Shown: positions 1 through 9,622 of the stretch, piece by piece
Layout: every line of letters starts with the position of its first letter
How positions within the stretch are numbered: the first letter of the stretch is position 1
NCBI GenBank assembly: GCA_029856365.1
Contig: JAHQWW010000057.1
Coordinates: 1 to 22,527, forward strand
Reading direction: 5' to 3'
DNA: 22,527 nt
From: Candidatus Hodarchaeota archaeon
GTDB lineage: Archaea > Asgardarchaeota > Heimdallarchaeia > Hodarchaeales > Hodarchaeaceae
The notes under the pieces: model-generated
Database searches by the model: none
The model's input: the letters and a program-made list of their open reading frames with translations, nothing else
What the model was told of the DNA's origin: nothing
Position numbers and translations under genes: made by a program

Positions 1-1
1 G

Positions 2-205
2 ACTAAAGCTGTCAAGGATTATGATGATAGACCGAATAGAATAGGTTTAACAAGAAATCCTCAGGGAAAGGAAAGTTACAGTTCAACAGGTATCTGGGGA
101 GATCCTACACTAGCTACAAGGGAAAAAGGCCGAATAATAACAGAAATTATAATTGATGAAATTGCTGATCAAATTGAACAATTAAGAACGATGAATTCCC
201 ATTAG
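2..205 (+). CDS. Creatininase-family amidohydrolase, C-terminal fragment (5' truncated by window)
   Basis: Manual translation TKAVKDYDD...YSSTGIWGDPTLATREKGRIITEIIIDEIADQIEQLRTMNSH*. The GxWGDPxxAxxEKG motif is typical of creatininase C-termini. Confidence 0.85.
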   Translation, partial: TKAVKDYDDRPNRIGLTRNPQGKESYSSTGIWGDPTLATREKGRIITEIIIDEIADQIEQLRTMNSH

Positions 206-306
206 TATTTGGCAAGGGAGTAAATATTTTTTTTCAAATTGGATTAGAACACCGATGTGGACAAGAGTTTCCGCAGAGAATTCAAAAATTTTCGAATACA
301 AACCAA

Positions 307-1008
307 TTAATAATTCAATATATTGGAAACTTGTGAATAAAGGCGAGAACCTTTAGTATCTGATCCATCAAGTTCCATTAGAAACTTATCTATAATCAAA
401 ATGTCAAATTCTAAATCCGTTAGAAGCTCAGCATGTTTCTCAAGCCAAGCAAATCTTAATTGCTCTCTTTCTAATCTGTATTGATAGATCTCGTCAAAAA
501 GATTCATTATGGTCTCTTTGTCGATCTTAGGATTAAGGGAAGGAAGAAGTCTGATGAATAATTTCCTCAATGTATTGAGTTTTTCACGTATTTTTTCAGA
601 GTCTCGAATTGAACTGGAGAATAATTTCGCAGTTCGACCAAAATAGGCTACGTTATATTTTCCCTCACGAATTGAAACTAATTCCTGAACGCAATCAATT
701 TCCTTTAGTTTCTGAAGATGAAAATAGATATTGGAAAGTGTTATTTCACGTTGTAGTCGTTCACCAACAAATTTCTGAAGTTCCTGAGCATTGAGAGCAT
801 AACGTCTTCTTCTTCTTTCATTATTAAGAATTGAATCATCTAGAATTCCCTCACGTAATATATCTAGAATTTCACTTCTAATTTCTTGGTTCATAATAGT
901 GAAGAACGATTCATCCATAAAACGTATAGTAGGGACAACCCTCCAGAAATCAAACAACAATTTGCGGTTATTGAGCTCCTCCTGAGTAGATTTTGTATTT
1001 AAATTCAT
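307..1008 (-). CDS. ArsR-like winged-helix transcriptional regulator with helical C-terminal domain
   Basis: IRSEILDILR...LNAQELQK...ITLSNIYFHLQKLKEIDCVQE...YFGRTAK matches a wHTH pattern. Confidence 0.75.
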   Translation of the reverse strand: MNLNTKSTQEELNNRKLLFDFWRVVPTIRFMDESFFTIMNQEIRSEILDILREGILDDSILNNERRRRRYALNAQELQKFVGERLQREITLSNIYFHLQKLKEIDCVQELVSIREGKYNVAYFGRTAKLFSSSIRDSEKIREKLNTLRKLFIRLLPSLNPKIDKETIMNLFDEIYQYRLEREQLRFAWLEKHAELLTDLEFDILIIDKFLMELDGSDTKGSRLYSQVSNILNY

Positions 1009-1271
1009 GTCTAATCCCTTATATTTTAAAGAAAACTGAATATTTATATTTTTCCACAGAAATAAATTATAATCTTTTTATACCTTTCAAATGCACTTCA
1101 CTAATTTTCAACGGCACAAGATGACTGATAATTAGAAATAACAAAAGCTTTTCATATAATAAATAGAATTTAGCTGATGTTATTATTGATAAATATGATC
1201 AATATGAAATTTGAGTTTTTTATAAGAAAATGATTCATTTAGTTGTATATAAAATTTTATAAATTATGAAC

Positions 1272-1317
1272 ATTCTGTCATTAGCTGAATAATAATATGT
1301 TCAGTTAATTACTGAAT
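1272..1317. promoter_or_regulatory. Two tandem palindromic operator-like boxes TTCWGT-N5-RCTGAA
   Basis: TTCTGT-CATTA-GCTGAA at 1273-1289 and TTCAGT-TAATT-ACTGAA at 1300-1316, downstream of TATA-like sequence at about 1245-1263. Confidence 0.55.
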
Positions 1318-1338
1318 ATTGTATCGAAGGGATATTTA

Positions 1339-1533
1339 ATGGCTAAGTCTAAGAATGTAAATTTAAATCATCGAAAGTCCGAATTTTCATCAGGGATACA
1401 ATTATTACGAAATTTGGTAGGAAAAATTAGCTTTCCAAGAAGAAAACAACGAAATACGAGTAATTATAGAATTTCTCACTCATCGACAGCGCGATATAGA
1501 ATATCACTAGATAGACTCCGTTTACCTAAATAA
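1339..1533 (+). CDS. Small basic hypothetical protein (64 aa)
   Basis: ATG preceded by GAAGGGA, TATA-like element and operator boxes. K/R-rich, lies in otherwise non-coding space. Confidence 0.5.
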   Translation: MAKSKNVNLNHRKSEFSSGIQLLRNLVGKISFPRRKQRNTSNYRISHSSTARYRISLDRLRLPK

Positions 1534-1815
1534 GAGAAGGTCATAAATTGTTGAACATGCCCCATTCATCCCCTTCTTATCTTTCCTTCCTTCTTACGAG
1601 ATTTGTCATTTTGAAAGGTCATGTTCTAAAATTACTCTACATGACACTTTTATAATTTTAGAAAATCTACCTGTTGAGCTTATCCAGTAAATTTTGCTGT
1701 TATTAAGTCAAGATTTCACTTCAATAAGGTCAGATTTTAATTATTACTTCGATCATACGATTTTAACCATTTTTTAACCATTTTAATAAATCGATACTTA
1801 ATTGGAGATAAAAAG

Positions 1816-2430
1816 ATGCACAGAATGTTATTAGACTTACCTAATGGATTTGAAACTGAACGTCTTATTTTAAGACCGTATCAAGATGGAGACGAAAAAA
1901 TATTCTTAGAAATGCTAGATAAAGGTAATCGTGTTTATTTAGATGAATTATTAGGGCCAATTTCTCAAACTATTGACATAAATGAAATTAAAACAACCTT
2001 AAGACAACTCGCAGCTGATTGGGTTGCAAAAAATAGATTTGTATTAAGCTACTGGTCAAAAAATTCATTGGAATTCTTAGGACACATTTGGATTGAACCT
2101 AAGAATTGGGACTTATGCATATTTGAAATTGGATGGTTTGTTGTTATAGACAAACAAGGAAAAGGTTTTCCTACTGAAGCTGCGAGAGGTGCTTTAAAAT
2201 TTCTTTTCCAACACTTAAGAGCTCAGAAGGTTATTGTAACAGTAAGAGATCATGGTGAATATAAGGACAAAAGCATCAAAATAGCTAAAAAATGTGGATT
2301 TATACGAGAGGGTTTTTCTCGTGATTCAGTTCAGATTGTTAGTTCCAAGGGATCAGGAGCGATTGTTGGGGTCTATCATTTTGGGCTCCTAAGATCAGAG
2401 GCGATTTTAGAAGGATTTTTAGAAGAATGA
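1816..2430 (+). CDS. GNAT N-acetyltransferase, RimJ/RimL type
   Basis: ETERLILRP, FEIGWF, QGKGF-TEAA, S-KIAKKCGF-REG motifs. Confidence 0.9.
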   Translation: MHRMLLDLPNGFETERLILRPYQDGDEKIFLEMLDKGNRVYLDELLGPISQTIDINEIKTTLRQLAADWVAKNRFVLSYWSKNSLEFLGHIWIEPKNWDLCIFEIGWFVVIDKQGKGFPTEAARGALKFLFQHLRAQKVIVTVRDHGEYKDKSIKIAKKCGFIREGFSRDSVQIVSSKGSGAIVGVYHFGLLRSEAILEGFLEE

Positions 2431-2530
2431 AAAATAGTTTAAGACTCTGACTCCCCCCTTTTTTTATGTAAGAGCTCATTTCTAAGAATACATCAAAAGA
2501 TTGATTTTAATTAAAAATATTTACTTAGAT

Positions 2531-3202
2531 TTAGTCTGGGATGATTGTACGGATTTTTTTGAGTTCCTCTACCATCTGTTTCCGCAAAATAGCAATTCCT
2601 GTAGCTCTATCGCTCTCCCGTTGTGGTCTGGAGGATCCAAGTGGATTACTGGTCAGGTAACTTTCAGTAACAGTGTTAGAAGATGTTATTGTGGGTTTTG
2701 ATGGTCTTTCTGACACGATTAAAGGAGGTGGGGTAGGTGGTGCCTTGGGTGGTGAGGGTGGCAATTTAGGTGAAAGGGAAGGAACTGATGGTGGCTTAGA
2801 CGCTGGTTCTAATGGGGGTGGGCTTTGTATAACTTTCTGTTGAGGTTCTTCAGCTTGAATCTGTTTAATTCTAGAGGTTATTTCAGGTTCACTTGTTTTT
2901 AATTCAACTGCTCTCGAATAAAATAAGGTCTTTAGAGATGGCACATTTGGGATTTTACAGTGACGAAATTTCACTAATTTCAGTTCTTGTGAGATTCGTT
3001 CGAATGTGTAGAATGAAATATAATTTTCTAGTAAAGATTCTTTTAAGAAGTGATCCAATTCTGTTAATCCCTTATGAAAGGCGTGAATGACGTGGGCATA
3101 TTCTTCAAGCGGTAAATTCTTTAAATGTAAGGAGGTATTAAATTTTAAAGATGTTTTTTGTTTCTGTCCTGATTTTTTAAAGAGCCTGACCATCTCACAC
3201 AT
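2531..3202 (-). CDS. Proline-rich protein with C-terminal amphipathic helix (WH2/MIM-like candidate)
   Basis: 17 of 34 residues are Pro at 2723-2824. C-terminus is RATGIAILRKQMVEELKKIRTIIPD. Confidence 0.7.
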   Translation of the reverse strand: MCEMVRLFKKSGQKQKTSLKFNTSLHLKNLPLEEYAHVIHAFHKGLTELDHFLKESLLENYISFYTFERISQELKLVKFRHCKIPNVPSLKTLFYSRAVELKTSEPEITSRIKQIQAEEPQQKVIQSPPPLEPASKPPSVPSLSPKLPPSPPKAPPTPPPLIVSERPSKPTITSSNTVTESYLTSNPLGSSRPQRESDRATGIAILRKQMVEELKKIRTIIPD

Positions 3203-3501
3203 ACGTCCTTTGGTTAATTCTATTTCTAGTAACTTTCATTTCCGGACTCTTCTTGTTTAAAAGGACACATCATTTTTAATAGAAAGGCATTTTATAAACA
3301 TTTTCACAGGATTACTTAAAAGCAATCCTCAGGAAAGGAAAACAATGTTATTTCTTTTCCTAATTAAACCAGTATATAATATATATACTTTTCCTATCTA
3401 AAATAACCTTTTAGAATATTATACAACCCGTTATATCAGAATTTTCAACCCAGTGTTGCTTTTTATCACTTTTTTATTTGCCTCAATGATAGCGTATTTA
3501 A

Positions 3502-3548
3502 ACTCGAGTCTATTTAATATACTCAAGTTGAATTATTCAACTTAAGTA
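3502..3548. promoter_or_regulatory. Probable TetR operator array (3x ACTYRAGT at 19-bp period)
   Basis: ACTCGAGT at 3502, ACTCAAGT at 3521, ACTTAAGT at 3540. 3520-3548 is a 13/14 inverted repeat. Confidence 0.7.
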
Positions 3549-3594
3549 CAATATCTTAATAAATTCATCTTAATCCATCTGTTAGAGAAGACTT

Positions 3595-4278
3595 ATGAAC
3601 AACAATGAGAAACAAGATTCTCCTAGAAAACGAAGATTGGAACGAGAACGTAAACAGCGTCGAGATGATATTATTAAAACTGCTGAATGGTTCTTCATAA
3701 ATCTGGGATATGACCAAACGATGATTGATCGGATTGCACTTCAAGCGGGCTATAGTAAAGCAACGATCTACAATTATTTTGACTCAAAAGATGATCTCTT
3801 TATAGCTGTGGTATCTAAGGCTTTTGAGAAAATGTTTCAAATCATGAAAAAGGCAATGACTGCCTCTGACGTGAAATATGAGTTACGAACTCTTGGGGAT
3901 GCTTATCTAACCTTTGTTGAAGAATATCCTGATTATGCAAGACTCTTTGAATCAGGCAGATTAAATTTGGTTATTGGAAAAATGATCATAAAAGAAGAGA
4001 CTAGTCAAATCTTGACTGAAAGCGAAAAAGAATTTCGATATTACCAATTGAAGATTGAGAAACTCATGATTAGCGTTATCACGGAAACAATGAAAAATTC
4101 AGGAGTTCAGACTAAGATAGATCCGTTCTCGATTGTGATGGCTCTTAGTACTCTCGGGTCAGCGATCAACGAATTAGTAATGCGTGGAAAGAGAAGTCCA
4201 TCAGAAGATAGATCTCAAGAATACTTGGCAGTTTTATTCAATATTATAGACAAGGGATTGAAGCATTATGATGATTAG
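3595..4278 (+). CDS. TetR/AcrR family transcriptional regulator
   Basis: IIKTAEWFF..GYDQTMIDRIALQAGYSKATIYNYFDSKDDLF is a canonical TetR HTH. Confidence 0.95.
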   Translation: MNNNEKQDSPRKRRLERERKQRRDDIIKTAEWFFINLGYDQTMIDRIALQAGYSKATIYNYFDSKDDLFIAVVSKAFEKMFQIMKKAMTASDVKYELRTLGDAYLTFVEEYPDYARLFESGRLNLVIGKMIIKEETSQILTESEKEFRYYQLKIEKLMISVITETMKNSGVQTKIDPFSIVMALSTLGSAINELVMRGKRSPSEDRSQEYLAVLFNIIDKGLKHYDD

Positions 4279-4317
4279 GTATTGTACTATTTTAAAAACG
4301 AATGAAAGTGGATTAGA

Positions 4318-5007
4318 ATGTACAATATGAGCGATTTACCATCTATTAACGTGAATGATTCCGTGAGGAATAATATTCTCATGGGTTTAATGATCTTACA
4401 AATTTTATCATTATTGAGCGGATATTTCCTTTCCTCCCCTGGTATCATTGAAGGAACCGAGTTAGGACGTATTATTTTCCTCCTGTTTATTCTTTCTGAG
4501 GTTCCAATTGTGGTCAATTACTTCTACTTCGTTACTGTTAGATTAGGATTACCAACAGATAGCATTTCGAATGTTTTTGCAGCATATTATACTCCAAGTC
4601 TGATATTCCATAGTGGAATTTATACAATCGTGATAGGGCTTACAGTTGCACACATATTATTATTAATACAGCAATCGATATATTGTATGATCTTTATTTT
4701 CATCCTAGGGCTTTTATGGGTAATTGACTATATTCTCTGGTTTAGAAATTGGCCATTATATCCTAGAAGTGATCAGAACGTTGTTTTCCTATATTGGCTT
4801 CAATGGACAGTATTATTTGGCACATTAATAGGATTACCTTTCCATGTTAGAACTTGGAGCTTATTTTGGGTAAGCGTATTTCCTACATTAACATTTGGTT
4901 CGCTATTGATAATAATTTTCCTTGATTTGCGGAAGAAGAAGACGAATACCCAAAAAATGGAGAAATTAGAAACTCAGAATCCTATTACTCAAGTGATCAA
5001 GGGGTGA
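4318..5007 (+). CDS. Multi-pass membrane protein (about 6 TM), unknown function
   Basis: Multiple long hydrophobic segments. Operonic between TetR and flavodoxin. Confidence 0.75.
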   Translation: MYNMSDLPSINVNDSVRNNILMGLMILQILSLLSGYFLSSPGIIEGTELGRIIFLLFILSEVPIVVNYFYFVTVRLGLPTDSISNVFAAYYTPSLIFHSGIYTIVIGLTVAHILLLIQQSIYCMIFIFILGLLWVIDYILWFRNWPLYPRSDQNVVFLYWLQWTVLFGTLIGLPFHVRTWSLFWVSVFPTLTFGSLLIIIFLDLRKKKTNTQKMEKLETQNPITQVIKG

Positions 5008-5012
5008 AGTGA

Positions 5013-5492
5013 ATGGTACGTGCATTAATATTATATCATTCTCTCTTTGGGAATACCAAAGATGTTGCTCTTTGTTTAGCCCAAGGAATGGAGAAATTAG
5101 GTATTGAAACAGCTTGTTTGAGTATTGATGAGGTTGATATTAATCAAATACCAAATTATGACTTTCTAGCAATTGGAGGACCGACTCACATGATAGGATT
5201 ATCTAAAGCAATGAAGGTCTTTTTGACGAAGCTCAAAAGCGTTAATCTGCATGGAATAAAAGGATTTGCTTTTGATACTAGAAACCATTCTCGATTAAAT
5301 AACAAAAGGTGGTTCATCCTTGAAAATAGTGCTGCGAGAAAGATTGAAGGAAATATGAGAAGAATGAAGATAGAAATCATTAAACCTCGACAGTCAGCTA
5401 TTGTATATGGTCGAGAAGGGCCACTCGAATCTAATGTGAAAACATCATTTCAAGAAATAGGAAAAGATATCGGGAACATTCTTGGTTCCTAA
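5013..5492 (+). CDS. Flavodoxin family protein
   Basis: YHSLFGNT FMN-phosphate loop, IGGPTH and AFDTR motifs. Confidence 0.92.
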   Translation: MVRALILYHSLFGNTKDVALCLAQGMEKLGIETACLSIDEVDINQIPNYDFLAIGGPTHMIGLSKAMKVFLTKLKSVNLHGIKGFAFDTRNHSRLNNKRWFILENSAARKIEGNMRRMKIEIIKPRQSAIVYGREGPLESNVKTSFQEIGKDIGNILGS

Positions 5493-5608
5493 GTAAGGAA
5501 TAAAATCCTTCTATTTCTTTTTTTACTGGATTTCCAAACATCTTAAGCTTTTATTGAAGCCAAATAGTCTTTTGTGTCACCAGAATTCTTCCTATATAAA
5601 GAAAGAAT

Positions 5609-5881
5609 TCATCGCCATCTTTTGAGGGTAGGAAGGAGGGACTCAAGATATTTTTTTGCTTCTTCTATCGAAATATCAAGTGATTTTGCTGTGTTAGATA
5701 TACTCTCCTCAATCATCTCTTTCAATGTGATTTCAGGTTCAATAAATTCACCTGCTTCATAACAATAACAGCAATAATCTTCACTTCGTGTTCCATCGAC
5801 TTCTGTGCCTTTGTCATCAAGTGCTTTGAGGATCATCGCACAACTTTGACATATGGGCTCTGTTGATTTTTTAACGGTCAA
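5609..5881 (-). CDS. Putative zinc-ribbon protein (Zn_ribbon_2-like)
   Basis: CQSCAM...GTEVDG..SEDYCCYCYEAGEF...LPTLKRW family pattern. Confidence 0.88.
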   Translation of the reverse strand: MTVKKSTEPICQSCAMILKALDDKGTEVDGTRSEDYCCYCYEAGEFIEPEITLKEMIEESISNTAKSLDISIEEAKKYLESLLPTLKRWR

Positions 5882-5973
5882 TTTTCATCATCCTTTTCAC
5901 TCCTCTCAAGCGTTTTAAAGATAATTGTAAAGGTAAATCTCATCTTGAGGCATAAAGTATGATATTTGGAATT

Positions 5974-7848
5974 TCATCCAAACAAATGACTTCCATTAAT
6001 AGGTAATGTTATGAGGATTTCAGTCCCACGCCTATACGTACTGTTAACCTTAATTTTCCCCTCGTGTTTTTCTATTATCCCCCGACAAATGGATAATCCC
6101 AGGCCTGTACCCTTTCCTATCGGTTTGGTTGAAAAGAAAGGCTCAAAAACTCTCTTTAAATTTGCATTTGTTATTCCTATCCCGTTATCTGTCACTTTAA
6201 TTTCAAGATTATTCCCTTTTCTGTCAGCTGAGATATTTATTAAAGGTTTAACATCAATATTCTCGAATGCATCTATTGAATTATTTAATATATTTTGGAA
6301 TACTTGGAATAACAATGTTTTATCACCCATAACTTCAAGATCTTCATTGATTTGTAATCCAATATCTATTTTCTTTTCTAATAACCTTGAGTTTATAGAT
6401 GGAGAGCTGAGAAGATCAGATATAAGAGATTTTACTTTTATCTTGTTAGGAGTGAGATGTATTTTCCTTGAAAATTGAAGAAGGTCTGTCACAATTTTAG
6501 AGCATAATTTTATTTCCTTCTTTATACTCATGAGTTCTCTTTCCAATAAGCTAATTTCTAGAGATGATGTATCTTGGTTAATGATATTCAATAGATATTC
6601 AGCTTTAAGGGTAATGTTAGCCAAAGGTGAATTTATTTCATGAGCAACTCCTGCAGCAAGCTGCCCTACAGCAGCAAGTTTATCTTTTTCAATTAATTCT
6701 TCTTGAAGTTCTGTAATGTCTCTACCGCTTAGTTGAATTTCAAGAACAATCCCAGCGTCATCAATAATCGGAGATGCATTCCATTCAACTACTCTTATTC
6801 CTTTTGGAACCATAAAGTTGAGCGTGGTCTCTTCAATGTAGTCTATATCCTTTGTAAATCGTTCTAAAAATGATTTACCCTTCTTAAGATCATTAATATG
6901 CACGAAATTCAAAACATTTTCTTGTAACATCTCATTCTTAAGTTTTCCAAAGAATTCTATTCCTGATCGATTGATATAAGTACAGCTTCCATCAGGTTTA
7001 ATCCTCATAATAATTTCATGTGCTAGTTCCGTTATACTCTTGAATTTTTGCTTTGATATTTCTAATGCTTTTTGCATTCTTACACGGTCGGTAACTTCTT
7101 GCAGGGTCAAAACTAATCCCACAACTGTATTATTTAAATCAATAATTGGGATTAAGCTCCAATCCCAATAAGAAACTCCACGTTCAGGGTGTTCTGCATA
7201 TTCAAAAGCTTTTGCTGCGATAAAAAATGGTTCCTTTTTCTCAACTACCTGATTAAAGATCTCCTCATTCTCTTTATTGGGGTACAAATCAAAATGATTG
7301 CGACCAGGAAAAAATTCAGGTTCTCGATCATCAGCTCGAGCATATGCACGATTAACTTTAACAAAATTAAACTTTGGATCCATATAGGCGATTAATATAT
7401 CTGTAGTGTTTAAAATCCGCTCAAGTAACTGAGTGGTTTGATATAAATTCTCTTTTGACTTCTGTAATGATTCTTCAACTTTTTTTCGATCAGTGATGTC
7501 CCATGTGTATTCAATTACTTGTTTAACATCCATATTATTGCCAAAAATTGGATGACAATGTATTTCATAAATTTTGGAATTTCCCTCTCTATCAAGGTGA
7601 ATATGTTCAGTTTTAACTGGTTTTTTCTCCTTCTTCACCATTTCAAGAGGACACGGGTGTTCTTCACCTGTACATGGTGTTTTTCTTCCATGGGTGATGA
7701 AATAACACTTATCTGTGGATTTATATTCCCCAAAAATCGTTTTGGCTGCTGAATTACTCAGTTTAAGGGTGTAATCAAAGATATCAATAACATAAAAAGG
7801 ATAATTAAGGGAATTTATCAATTTTTCATTTTGATAATCACTTATCAG
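5974..7848 (-). CDS. Cytoplasmic PAS-PAS-PAS sensor histidine kinase (NtrB-like core); probable CTG start at 7848 (ORF track: 7821)
   Basis: H-box LAAGVAHEINSPL, N-box QVFQNILNN, DNGIGI, FEPFFSTK, GTGLGL. Three PAS units end in DITDRK, EVTDR and DITE. GAGGAG lies 6 nt before the in-frame CTG. Confidence 0.93.
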   Translation of the reverse strand: MISDYQNEKLINSLNYPFYVIDIFDYTLKLSNSAAKTIFGEYKSTDKCYFITHGRKTPCTGEEHPCPLEMVKKEKKPVKTEHIHLDREGNSKIYEIHCHPIFGNNMDVKQVIEYTWDITDRKKVEESLQKSKENLYQTTQLLERILNTTDILIAYMDPKFNFVKVNRAYARADDREPEFFPGRNHFDLYPNKENEEIFNQVVEKKEPFFIAAKAFEYAEHPERGVSYWDWSLIPIIDLNNTVVGLVLTLQEVTDRVRMQKALEISKQKFKSITELAHEIIMRIKPDGSCTYINRSGIEFFGKLKNEMLQENVLNFVHINDLKKGKSFLERFTKDIDYIEETTLNFMVPKGIRVVEWNASPIIDDAGIVLEIQLSGRDITELQEELIEKDKLAAVGQLAAGVAHEINSPLANITLKAEYLLNIINQDTSSLEISLLERELMSIKKEIKLCSKIVTDLLQFSRKIHLTPNKIKVKSLISDLLSSPSINSRLLEKKIDIGLQINEDLEVMGDKTLLFQVFQNILNNSIDAFENIDVKPLINISADRKGNNLEIKVTDNGIGITNANLKRVFEPFFSTKPIGKGTGLGLSICRGIIEKHEGKIKVNSTYRRGTEILITLPINGSHLFG

Positions 7849-8080
7849 GATCTACTCCTCCAATTTTTCCAATAATTAGAATAACTAGATCTTTGTTCTA
7901 ATTTTCACACAGTTATAAGACTATCTGTAGATCTTCTAAATGTGTATTGCTGTTATGAGTTATATCAATAATCTAGGATGTTTAAAACATCATGACAGTC
8001 TTATTCAAAGATGAGTTCTTATGAAAAAACAACGATTTTGAACTAAAGGAAGTTATAATATCTATAGATTGTGATCCTTT

Positions 8081-9220
8081 TTAAAGAGTGGGCTTCTTTG
8101 CTCTCCTAATATGATTAAAAACTCTTATTTTTGATCCTGGATCTACAAATCCAATTTTTTCTAAGATGAATATAATTTCTGCAAAATAATGCCCTCGTGA
8201 CGTTAGATAATATAAATTATCATCTTTTTCTAAAATATCCTCTTGGACTAATTTCTTTATGTGAAAAGCAAAGGAGGAGGAGCTTGTAACTGGTAATTCT
8301 TCGAGGATTTTATTAAAATTCAACTTACGATGAGATTTTAATAGATTAATGATATCTTTCCTTAGTGGATGTGAAATAAGACTAATGATGCTGTTAAATG
8401 CTTGAATTGAAAGTAATGATAGTGCATCGTGAATCAATAGGTGAGAAACTGCATTATCTTGATTTTTTTCTTCTACTAAAAGTATTAGAGAGAAATTTGA
8501 TGAGAGAATATTGCGACTTATCTCATCTAAGAACCCTTTAAAGTGAGTCCAACTGTGAACTCGAAAAAGCTCCTCTATTCCCTTAAAAATAATTGTTCCT
8601 TGTTCTTGTGTTCGAACAAATTCCTCAATTTGATGTTGTAATAAGTGTAGCTTTGTTGGAGGGATCTCATTGGCTCCTCTAGCGAATCCTAGACGAATAT
8701 TTAATGCATTTTCAATTTTGTACTCGTTGGCAATTTTTTGGGGATCCTCATTTGAAATGACTAAGAAAGGTCGTTCATATTCATCGAGAGAGCTCTCTAT
8801 TGAATAATCTTGTAAAATTTGTTCATTCACAGGAAGAGAAAAGGAAATATTATTACGTAGTCTCAATTCTTTCTGTACTTCTTCTATTTTTTCCCTTAAA
8901 GGTGAAACTTCAAATGGTTTCAATAAATAATCATAAGCACCAGTTTTCATTGCCTCGACGGCAGAATCAATGCTTCCATATCCAGTTATTACAATGCTCA
9001 TTAAATCTATACCCCTATTGTTAATCTCCCTAATTAAATCAATACCAGATAAGTCTCCCATCTTTAGATCTGTCAAGAGCAAATCGAACTTCTCTTTCAC
9101 AATTACCTCTAAAGCTTCCTCCGCCGAAGTTGCAGTAAAAATCTCGTGTTGATCCAAAAGTAAAATATTACTCATTGTTTCCAAGAAAGTTGTATTGTCA
9201 TCAACAATTAATATTCTCAT
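8081..9220 (-). CDS. Response regulator: REC + DUF835-like (degenerate KaiC-like) + C-terminal wHTH
   Basis: REC motifs ILIVDD, LLTDLKM, ITGYG, LLKPF. Middle LVIS..P..IPPTKL..IEEF..GTIIFKGIEEL resembles DUF835. C-terminal HPLRKDIINLL..LNFNKI..SSSFAFHIKKL..YYLTSRG is a wHTH. Confidence 0.88.
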   Translation of the reverse strand: MRILIVDDNTTFLETMSNILLLDQHEIFTATSAEEALEVIVKEKFDLLLTDLKMGDLSGIDLIREINNRGIDLMSIVITGYGSIDSAVEAMKTGAYDYLLKPFEVSPLREKIEEVQKELRLRNNISFSLPVNEQILQDYSIESSLDEYERPFLVISNEDPQKIANEYKIENALNIRLGFARGANEIPPTKLHLLQHQIEEFVRTQEQGTIIFKGIEELFRVHSWTHFKGFLDEISRNILSSNFSLILLVEEKNQDNAVSHLLIHDALSLLSIQAFNSIISLISHPLRKDIINLLKSHRKLNFNKILEELPVTSSSSFAFHIKKLVQEDILEKDDNLYYLTSRGHYFAEIIFILEKIGFVDPGSKIRVFNHIRRAKKPTL

Positions 9221-9622
9221 AGGGACATTTTCCTTTCATAAGAGTCGTTTGGGTTCATTAGCTTTCTTCAATCTTTTTAAAAAAGAAAAATTGTTCTGTC
9301 ATTTAAATGGTTAAGTTAAATTTATTCAAGATACTTCGAATCCTGAATTTTTTGTCATATTAGTTTTTTTGGAATGATTAAGTGGGTGTACCATTTATCG
9401 ATCCCATATTTATCGCATTTCCTTCGAATATCGTTTTATTCATGCCATTGAATAAAAAACTCATATAAGATTTGATTTATTTTATCTCAATTCAATTTGA
9501 GTTGTTCCTCTCCTCTGTCCTAATTCATTAAGTGGAATTAACTTAATAACTTAAGAAAGCTCAATCTTCTTTTACTACTAATCATAAAGATAAAATCGTC
9601 AAAGATTTATGGAGGAAACTCA

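Noticed and set aside
1761-1784. Tandem TTTTAACCAT duplication
   Set aside because: Two low-complexity copies only; probably slippage, not CRISPR or iterons.
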